A DNA stretch of 20,000 nt from an uncultured virus (IMG/VR IMGVR_UViG_3300046530_000052) (lineage: Duplodnaviria; Heunggongvirae; Uroviricota; Caudoviricetes), in IMG/VR virus record IMGVR_UViG_3300046530_000052, positions 106,006-126,005 of that record, one strand, 5' to 3'. The translations under genes were made by a program, and so were the position numbers. The notes under the pieces are model-generated. The model was given only the letters and a program-made list of their open reading frames with translations. It was not told where the DNA came from and searched no databases. Shown in pieces: positions 9,097 to 16,380 of this stretch (within the stretch, counting starts at the first letter, position 1; each line of letters starts with the position of its first letter).

Positions 9097-10502
9097 ATCC
9101 TTATCAGAAGTTAGGTCTTCTCGGGATGCTGGCTAACAGCCTCGGGAAAACAACATTCAGCGAGGAAGATAACCCCCGGTTCTTGCAATACTTGAGGTTG
9201 CATGGGATCGGAGCGATTACTCGCGAGAATTTGTCGACCCAGTTGAACCACATCGTTGGTGTTGTCTGCCGTCATTTCGATTACTACGATTCATCGGAGA
9301 TGGGTGTCAATAAGTCCCTCAACGATTTCTTGTGCGAATTGGCAGAGCGTATCGAGAACGGCGATTACACCCCCCCTCGTGATGTGTCGATGATCATCAT
9401 CTCTCTGGGGAATAAGCCCGGTACTGCCAATAATCAGGATGGTGTTGAAAACCTGATTGCGATGGCGAAACGCATTTTGGACCCGTACGAGGCGCTGGAC
9501 GGCGATGAGCTTCCTGAACAGATCGATGAAATCTATCAGGCAGACTCTCGTCGACTGGAATACCTCGACCGCATCCTGTCTCTGGTAGACGTCTTCACCA
9601 CTGCTCGCTTCGGCATGCTGGCTGGTATCGAGGAATACGCCCCGCTGGACTACAACACTGTACACCCGCTGGAAACCTTTGACATCGGTGGCTTTGAATG
9701 CGCCTCTAACGAAGGTTGCAAGTGCGGCTGTGCTGCGGATCACTCGCTGACAATGCTGCAAGGTATTGAAGACTACTTGGCTGAGAAAACCACTACCCCG
9801 GACTATTACTACTTCGAAGGTGTGACTCGGGCTAACGGTCTGGAGATGGATAACATCTCTGGGAGTGAAGGTCCTGTCTTCGACGCAGTTAAGAACCTGG
9901 GTAAGGTGGCTTACAAAGCTGCGATGGAAACGTGGGAAAACGTCAAGGCCTTGTTTGACGAAAGCGAAGAAGATGCTGACGATAATGTCACCAACGACGC
10001 TGACGATAACAAGAAGGCTATTCAGTCAATGGGTAGTGCTGATGGCGCGAAGATCAACGACAATGCCAAGACTGGTATTATCGCGATGGCAAAGAAGATC
10101 GACGTGTCCGGTGCTATGGAGAAAATTGTTGCACGTTTGGAGGGTCCTTCCAGTGCGGGTGGTGTTATTGATGGCTTGCTTGGTCTGCTGGGTTCCAACA
10201 GTGCTCTGACCAAAGATATCGACAGTGAAAAGAAAGCAGCTGAGGACGCTCTGGCGGACCTGAAGAAGGCTTCTGAAAGCGTGAGTGGTGACGACAGCAA
10301 TAAAGACGCTGCCGCTGCTGCTAAGGCTGCTGTACAGGACAAGATCTCCAAGGCCAAAGACGCTGTTGCTTCGGTCAAGAAGAAAGCTCAGGACCACAAC
10401 AAGGTGACTAAGGGGATCCGTAAAGCTATTCGCGGCATTACTCCTCACATCTTTATCAGCGTCGGTCCTAAGAAAGACAAAGAGAAGGATGATGACAAAT
10501 GA
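9093..10502 (+). CDS. Virion head protein with a long acidic N-terminal region and a Lys/Ala-rich coiled-coil C-terminus
   Basis: 469 aa, AGGAGG SD, ATGA overlap. Several G-x-E motifs, the last being SGSE before an amphipathic helix; internal Cys cluster. Confidence 0.7.
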   Translation: MNPYQKLGLLGMLANSLGKTTFSEEDNPRFLQYLRLHGIGAITRENLSTQLNHIVGVVCRHFDYYDSSEMGVNKSLNDFLCELAERIENGDYTPPRDVSMIIISLGNKPGTANNQDGVENLIAMAKRILDPYEALDGDELPEQIDEIYQADSRRLEYLDRILSLVDVFTTARFGMLAGIEEYAPLDYNTVHPLETFDIGGFECASNEGCKCGCAADHSLTMLQGIEDYLAEKTTTPDYYYFEGVTRANGLEMDNISGSEGPVFDAVKNLGKVAYKAAMETWENVKALFDESEEDADDNVTNDADDNKKAIQSMGSADGAKINDNAKTGIIAMAKKIDVSGAMEKIVARLEGPSSAGGVIDGLLGLLGSNSALTKDIDSEKKAAEDALADLKKASESVSGDDSNKDAAAAAKAAVQDKISKAKDAVASVKKKAQDHNKVTKGIRKAIRGITPHIFISVGPKKDKEKDDDK

Positions 10503-11203
10503 ACACACTACATCCGGCGTTGGTTAAGAACTTCCTTAACCAGATCCCAGACGCTACCAGCATTCTGGGAATCGAACAAGGTGAACCCGGTACGTTTGTA
10601 ATCCTCGCGGAGATCAACGGTAAGGAAGAACGGCTGGACGTTCCTAAGAGCGAGCTGAGTGCTCGTTTGAAGAGCACCCATCTGAACATCCGCGCTAAGT
10701 CCGGTTCTACCTTCACAGAGGTCTTGCAACGCCTCAGTGACGACTACGGGTTGTATTGGGTTAAGGGGGTTGACTTTGTTGCTAACGACACCCCCGCCAA
10801 AGGAACCATCCTGATCGACGTCCCGTCGAGTAGCTACATGTGGCAAGGCGCTGTGACCCTGACTGTCTTCTCTACTGAAGATCGTTGCAAGGATCCGATC
10901 CGTATCCCACTGAACCCTGCTCGTACCGCACTGCTGCTGGCTCAGAAGATCTTCCACGTCGAAGCTGGTGTAGTGACGGCCAAAGGGAATCTTACACAGA
11001 AAGTGGCGGAACAGATCATTGCTTACTTGCAAGAGCAGCGCGATGAAACCTACGCCTTGAAAGACTTGTCCGGGACCAAGGTTCTCCGTACGTTCGCTGA
11101 TACGTTCAGTAGCGTCGCGGTTCTGGAAGTCAAAGGCAAGGGCAACGTCTTTATTCGATTCGATTCCGAAAAGGATAACGTTGTTCCACCGACCAACCGT
11201 TAG
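10499..11203 (+). CDS. Putative virion structural protein
   Basis: 234 aa, ATGA overlap. The segment EVLQRLSDDYGL...ILIDVPSSSYMWQGAVTLTV resembles the end of the 8599 protein. Confidence 0.6.
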   Translation: MNTLHPALVKNFLNQIPDATSILGIEQGEPGTFVILAEINGKEERLDVPKSELSARLKSTHLNIRAKSGSTFTEVLQRLSDDYGLYWVKGVDFVANDTPAKGTILIDVPSSSYMWQGAVTLTVFSTEDRCKDPIRIPLNPARTALLLAQKIFHVEAGVVTAKGNLTQKVAEQIIAYLQEQRDETYALKDLSGTKVLRTFADTFSSVAVLEVKGKGNVFIRFDSEKDNVVPPTNR

Positions 11204-11209
11204 CCATAC

Positions 11210-11243
11210 CCAACGGTGGAGGTATCCCCTCCACCGTTGGTTT
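11210..11243 (+). terminator. Strong intergenic hairpin (weak terminator or RNA-stability element)
   Basis: 13-bp perfect stem CCAACGGTGGAGG / CCTCCACCGTTGG with a 5-nt loop; only TTT follows, then directly the AAGGAG SD of the next gene. Confidence 0.6.
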
Positions 11244-11254
11244 AAGGAGTTGAG

Positions 11255-12757
11255 ATGTCCACTCTGAACACGACTGTTCTGGCTGAAGAGAACTATGACA
11301 GTTTTCTACGCCCAGCTATTTACGATTCCATTATTGCTGTTTTGGATTTCTATGGGTTACGTTCTGCAACAAACATTTATTACAACGGTGGTAATGACGT
11401 TGTTAAGTTGATTGGTAACGCCCAGTCCGATGGACCGCAGGCTGATCACTTCACCGACGGTACTTTCCGTAACAAGATCTTTATCGAGGCAGAAGTCGAG
11501 GACAGTGAGTTCTGGGATCTGCGTCGTGACATGGTTGAACGTCCTGTATTCCTGAACAAGGAACTCCCGTTGATCATTTGTCCTTCGTTTGAGGGGAAAC
11601 AGATCCGGGTAAAGGTAGTGTCTCGTTTTAACACCGAGTCTCAGGCTAAAGCTTTCGTAAGCAAGATCAACCGTCAGCGTAAGAACCAAGTGGTGGACTT
11701 CAATTTCACCCCTACAGTCTCCATGCTGTTCAACAAAGGCTTGGTGCGGTTTGTAGACATCCTCCACACCATGCTGAAACAGAACGAGCCTGCCCTGCCA
11801 GAGTTCCAAGAGTGGTTCGGTAAGTACGCTCAGTTCAACTTCCACGAGGTTACCAACATCGCCGGTAATCTTCCGCAGATCGTGGTTCCGCTTAAGCCTA
11901 ACAACATTGGGATCTCCTTTACTGACCCCTTTGTTGCCAAAGCACGGAAAGGTAGTGTCTACGCTCAGTTCGAAGTTGAGTTCAGTTACACCTTCTACTT
12001 CAACTCGTTTTTGGGTTGGGAAGTTGAGTACCCGCTGAACGTTTATCAGGAACAGATTCCGGAAGAGTACATCCCTCGTCCTCAACCGGGGTTCACTGAG
12101 AACAAAGGGGTGGCGTCAGGTCCTGAAGTTACATCGGGTCGAGAGATCAACCCGCCCATTGACTTCATTCAGAGCCCTTACTTCCTGAAGCTGCCTGCTC
12201 ACGATCCTTGGACTACTCCTTATGAGTGGTGGATCCAGCCAGTGGTACAAGCTCAGCTGAAGCTGGTGGATGCAGATGAACAGGTGATCGGAAATATCTT
12301 TGAGCTACCTGAATTCAAGTGGCGTCCTAAAGCAGTGGAGTATATCAAGCGTCGTCATGCTTATGCTTTCCTGCACCACGAGACTCCGTTCCTGTTCAGA
12401 CTGTTTGCAGGCACTCGGATTGTTCCCCCTAAGGACGTCCGTATGGATCCTGACGGGACTGTGGTTCTATTGACCAAGCCTAACCTCAAGCAGACCTACC
12501 ATTTGGTAGCATGCATTGACTACGCCATCCGTGACTACAGTAAACAGCTCTGGGAAGACGTGGGTTGGGATGACGATGGTTACTGGGGAATCATCCGTAC
12601 GGTTTTCGGTTGGGTGGACTTTAACAAGTTCCCTAGGCCGTGGGTGCATAACGTTCAAACTATTCTTGACAACATTGATTTGGGTCACGGTCGTGTCACT
12701 CATCAGTTTAACGTCTATCAAGGGCTCTTCGGCATTGTGGCCCATAACGCAGGATAA
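11255..12757 (+). CDS. Virion structural protein, possibly neck/tail-terminator; at the phiKZ gp98 position
   Basis: 500 aa, AAGGAG SD, aromatic and beta-rich, no acidic propeptide. Role inferred from synteny. Confidence 0.6.
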   Translation: MSTLNTTVLAEENYDSFLRPAIYDSIIAVLDFYGLRSATNIYYNGGNDVVKLIGNAQSDGPQADHFTDGTFRNKIFIEAEVEDSEFWDLRRDMVERPVFLNKELPLIICPSFEGKQIRVKVVSRFNTESQAKAFVSKINRQRKNQVVDFNFTPTVSMLFNKGLVRFVDILHTMLKQNEPALPEFQEWFGKYAQFNFHEVTNIAGNLPQIVVPLKPNNIGISFTDPFVAKARKGSVYAQFEVEFSYTFYFNSFLGWEVEYPLNVYQEQIPEEYIPRPQPGFTENKGVASGPEVTSGREINPPIDFIQSPYFLKLPAHDPWTTPYEWWIQPVVQAQLKLVDADEQVIGNIFELPEFKWRPKAVEYIKRRHAYAFLHHETPFLFRLFAGTRIVPPKDVRMDPDGTVVLLTKPNLKQTYHLVACIDYAIRDYSKQLWEDVGWDDDGYWGIIRTVFGWVDFNKFPRPWVHNVQTILDNIDLGHGRVTHQFNVYQGLFGIVAHNAG

Positions 12758-12762
12758 CGATT

Positions 12763-14067
12763 ATGAGTTGGTCTATTAAGCCGTTAGGCGATGCAGTTCA
12801 GCCGGAACCAGAAGCACCCAGAATTACCAGTGAGAACTACCGTCACTCCATTGTTGAAAGTACCTACCAGCCTGAACGAGTTATCCTGTCTCAAGACACC
12901 GGTACTCCTCGAATCTGTCTGTACTACCATCAGTGGCTGGGTCGTGATGAAGAACCTAAACCTTTCACTCTGGAAGGCGTCGGTACTTACCAGTCCTACG
13001 AACGTATTGAAAAACTCCCACTATTGCTGGATGACGGTAATGGCTCGTTCAGTTTCAACCCTCAAACAGCTGAGGCTGAAAAGAAGTACGTAGCCCGAGT
13101 AGTCTTTGACCGAGTCCCGACTATCCACGACGTTTTCGTTATGGACATCGCTGATGGTAACGCCGGGTTGTTTGCGATCACTGATCAACCAGAGTTCCGT
13201 GAAGTCACTGCCAACAAGAAGTATGAGTTCCAGTTTACTTTCCTGGGGATCATGACTGAGCAGCACGACGTTATTCTGGAATCCCGTGTTGTGCGTCGTC
13301 AGGTCTACTATCGTGACTCCGCCTTGAACGGCGGTCGTACTCTGATCAGCGGTACCCTGGAGCAGACCGCTAAGGAACTGTTCGGTTGGAAGACGACTAT
13401 TGCCCAGTACATCATGTCCGAGTTCTACTGGAACCCTGAGAACACCATCGTGTTCGACCGACCGGGCACACCCCCAGGTAAAACGGAAAAGATCTACGAT
13501 CCGTACCTGGTGAACTTCCTGACCGCAGTGATCACTCCAGATATGCGTGGTCGTTATCCGTTCATCAACCAGTTCTCCCTGCAATACGGTGGATTGGAAG
13601 ATGCTCGTTATGGACCGATCAACATCTGGACCTTCCTGTTGCGTCATGACATGAACGTTCTACCGTTGTGTAACCGCAAGGCCAAGGTGATCGACGTTAA
13701 CCGGGTAGAAGCCACCCGCTTATACGGCAACCTGCGTTCCAGCCGTATTCGTCACTTCATCACCACGAACCCTGAAGACTTCAAGAAGTACTCTGCCTAC
13801 ATCAACGTGGACGGTTACCCTATCCTGAAGCCTAGTCCGGAATATGACATCTCGTACATGTTCTCCGAAGGGTTCTACACTGGCCATCCAACAGGTGAGT
13901 TCGAGGAAATCGTGTACTCATCTTACCGTGACCAAATGATCGACCACGAGCGACTGCTGAAGTACGTCAAAGACTATTTCAAGTTGACTCCAATGGAACG
14001 GTTGTATCACGGTGCTATCTTGATTCGTTTGATTGACCTCTCTCGGAAAATCCAAGGACCCCTCTAA
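12763..14067 (+). CDS. Virion structural protein, possibly head-closure/neck; at the phiKZ gp99 position
   Basis: 434 aa, AGGA SD. PTIHDVFVMDIADGNAGLFAITDQPE...KKYEFQF resembles the beta-barrel pattern of T4 gp14-type neck/stopper proteins. Confidence 0.6.
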   Translation: MSWSIKPLGDAVQPEPEAPRITSENYRHSIVESTYQPERVILSQDTGTPRICLYYHQWLGRDEEPKPFTLEGVGTYQSYERIEKLPLLLDDGNGSFSFNPQTAEAEKKYVARVVFDRVPTIHDVFVMDIADGNAGLFAITDQPEFREVTANKKYEFQFTFLGIMTEQHDVILESRVVRRQVYYRDSALNGGRTLISGTLEQTAKELFGWKTTIAQYIMSEFYWNPENTIVFDRPGTPPGKTEKIYDPYLVNFLTAVITPDMRGRYPFINQFSLQYGGLEDARYGPINIWTFLLRHDMNVLPLCNRKAKVIDVNRVEATRLYGNLRSSRIRHFITTNPEDFKKYSAYINVDGYPILKPSPEYDISYMFSEGFYTGHPTGEFEEIVYSSYRDQMIDHERLLKYVKDYFKLTPMERLYHGAILIRLIDLSRKIQGPL

Positions 14068-14795
14068 TGTTAACCCTCAGTCGGTATAACCAAATACGGG
14101 AAGAGATCTTCAGGCTATACAACATCTTGAATAACCGGCTCTATCCCGTGCGGGTTACACCGGTCATGATGATGACAGTAGAAGAACTCCGTAACCGTGA
14201 AACGTTTACTCGGGATGAAACGATTGCTGACCCCACTCGGTACGAGGACTATCAAGAGATCCGGATGGAGTGTCACCGGATGATCGAGATCCTCCCCAAC
14301 CTTGTTAAGGAACGGGATCTGGGTTTCGCTAATCCGAATGACCACATCGTGGAGATCTTTGAATCAGCTCAGAACTATCTGCGCTTGTGGGTGGAGCTGG
14401 TAACCAACGCTACTGAGTTCCGTCCTCCTCCTTTGGATGAGCTGCGGGCTATCGAAAGCTTGGCTTACTGTCTCTACCCCGAGTACAAGAAGATCAAGCA
14501 GTACTTGCTGGTCAGGGATTCCTACAAGACCAAGGAAGAGCAAGCCCAACACGTGGAAGATGGCTTCATGAGTCTGGCGGCTCTGTTCGGGATGACCTCT
14601 CACGACATGGCTAAGAAGGACAGTCTTGCGTTCATCAGTCACTTGGAAGACTTGGGGATTGATACGGGGCGTTCTACGGTCTCTCAGGAGGACTATGACG
14701 TGCTGCAAAGCATCACTCCTGTAAACACTATCAATGACGGACTATTCTCCCCGGAAGTGTCTTCAGAACTCCCTAACTGGACGTTTAACAGGTAA
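14067..14795 (+). CDS. Hypothetical protein within the structural cluster; at the phiKZ gp100 position
   Basis: 242 aa, TAATG overlap, AAGGA SD, helical with a PPPLDELRAIE motif. Confidence 0.65.
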   Translation: MLTLSRYNQIREEIFRLYNILNNRLYPVRVTPVMMMTVEELRNRETFTRDETIADPTRYEDYQEIRMECHRMIEILPNLVKERDLGFANPNDHIVEIFESAQNYLRLWVELVTNATEFRPPPLDELRAIESLAYCLYPEYKKIKQYLLVRDSYKTKEEQAQHVEDGFMSLAALFGMTSHDMAKKDSLAFISHLEDLGIDTGRSTVSQEDYDVLQSITPVNTINDGLFSPEVSSELPNWTFNR

Positions 14796-14800
14796 CCCCT

Positions 14801-16141
14801 ATGGAAATGCCTCGTGCGTTAGCGAACGTCATTGAGTTCGCCAGAACGGTCAACACGTACCAGCAACCCACCATGTCTACGCTGACCGCGATGATCATTA
14901 CACCGGACAACGAACAGATTGAACTGATCATGCCTAAGGGGATGTCTCGTTTCAGTATGTATGCGTTGAACCGCTCGGATGACCTTCGGATCAAAGGTCA
15001 GCTGCAACCTGGTGTCTACATGAACAAGGTGTTAAAGAACAAGGACAACCTGTTTCTCGAAGTTACTGAACGTCAAGGACTGACTCAGGTGACTCAGAAG
15101 TACCGGGCTACTCCTAAGGGTGATGCTAACCCCCAGATGGAAGGTAACAGTGTCAAGCTGGCCAACATGGAAGCTAAGGACTTCTTGAACATTGTTGAGG
15201 TTGAGTTCCAGTTGATGGAACCTGGCTATGCCATCCTGAAGAACAAGATCGTTACTGACAAACACTTGATGGGTACGGTACGGGATGTTCTTTACTACCA
15301 GCTCATCAAGTTCGGTAAAGAACTGCCGTTGATTGGACCGGATGCGTGGAGAGGTGTTGACATCGAGGAACCTGTGGATAACATCCGCATCTTCCCAGTG
15401 GTTGATATCTCCCCACCTATTCCTTTGAAGGACTTGGGTCAGTGGTTGCAAAACGACGACCAGTTCGGGTTCTACTCCAAAGGCTTCGGGATGTATTACC
15501 GCAAAGGAATGTGGTACATCTTCCCGTTGTTCAAGATGGGTCGTTACGAAACAGCTCGGAAAGTGCTGAACATCTATCGGGTTCCTCAGGACGTGCTCCC
15601 CACACTGGAGGTGACTCACTTCACTGAAGGCAAGGTAACCACTATCCTGTCTACAGGGACGGCTAAGCATATTGACGGCTCAGACATCGTTAAGCAGAAC
15701 AAAGGTACGGGTAAACGTATCGTTAGCTCTGACGCGGTTATGGGTGAGACTGGTGGGTATTACAACAACGGTGTTCACCTGTCCACTCGGGCAGACACCT
15801 TGAGTGAGTACCAGACGTCCAAGCGGGGGAGTGGTGAGGAAGTAGCGCCATTCGCCAGTGAACCGACTAACAACTTGGCTAAGCACTTGTCCGATAACGC
15901 TTTCAACGAGGGTAACTTGGAGACCATCCAGTGGATGAACTCTGACCACTCTGTGTTGGAACCCGGGATGGCTGTTCGGTTCTTCTTCCTGACAGGCGAC
16001 GTGTTGTCGTACAAAGAAGGAACCTTGCTGGGTGCTCGTACTGAGCATGTTCGTGATCAACAAACCCCTAACGATCTCAAGTTCAGACAGAGTAGTGCAT
16101 TGTCTTTGTTCCTGAATGACCAGGTCGTTGAAGTGACTTAA
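14801..16141 (+). CDS. Probable baseplate hub protein (T4 gp27 / Mu gp44-like); phiKZ gp101-like
   Basis: 446 aa. GFYSKGFGMYYRKGMWYIFP and the C-terminal LEPGMAVRFFF...EGTLLGARTEH fit the hub beta-barrel pattern; last gene before a terminator. Confidence 0.6.
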   Translation: MEMPRALANVIEFARTVNTYQQPTMSTLTAMIITPDNEQIELIMPKGMSRFSMYALNRSDDLRIKGQLQPGVYMNKVLKNKDNLFLEVTERQGLTQVTQKYRATPKGDANPQMEGNSVKLANMEAKDFLNIVEVEFQLMEPGYAILKNKIVTDKHLMGTVRDVLYYQLIKFGKELPLIGPDAWRGVDIEEPVDNIRIFPVVDISPPIPLKDLGQWLQNDDQFGFYSKGFGMYYRKGMWYIFPLFKMGRYETARKVLNIYRVPQDVLPTLEVTHFTEGKVTTILSTGTAKHIDGSDIVKQNKGTGKRIVSSDAVMGETGGYYNNGVHLSTRADTLSEYQTSKRGSGEEVAPFASEPTNNLAKHLSDNAFNEGNLETIQWMNSDHSVLEPGMAVRFFFLTGDVLSYKEGTLLGARTEHVRDQQTPNDLKFRQSSALSLFLNDQVVEVT

Positions 16142-16221
16142 GTAATTTTTAAGGAGGGTGTTGTTTATATACGGATGGTAAGGAATCTCTGGGGAAAGGG
16201 GATTATTTTGTATTAATAATA

Positions 16222-16256
16222 GGGTACTAGCCTAACGGCTAGTACCCCTTCCTTCT
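16222..16256 (+). terminator. Terminator-like hairpin ending the structural run
   Basis: 11-bp stem GGGTACTAGCC-TAAC-GGCTAGTACCC (16222-16247) followed by pyrimidine-rich CTTCCTTCT. Confidence 0.7.
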
Positions 16257-16278
16257 ATGCTCTTATCCCGCTAGGGAT

Positions 16279-16299
16279 TTATAGACCTACATCATCGGG
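16279..16299 (+). promoter_or_regulatory. Putative phage promoter motif, copy 1
   Basis: TTATAGACCTACATCATCGGG, 17/21 identical to 18544-18564; both copies lie between a hairpin and a gene start. Confidence 0.6.
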
Positions 16300-16380
16300 A
16301 TGACTAAAGAGTTAATCTTTATTATTAAACTCAACAGTCTTTATTATTGTAAATTAACCACACCAACCGAAAAGGGAAGA

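Noticed and set aside
10220..10400. Ala/Lys-rich stretch (DAAAAAKAA) as a DNA tandem repeat
   Set aside because: Low-complexity coiled-coil coding sequence with no defined repeat unit.
16151..16216. Small ORF after AAGGAGG
   Set aside because: Only 7- and 13-codon frames are available; not supportable as a gene.
16300..16380. N-terminal extension MTKELIFIIK... of the large accessory ORF
   Set aside because: No well-placed SD, directly abuts the putative promoter motif and looks like an AT-rich UTR; ATG 16381/16387 has a purine-rich SD.
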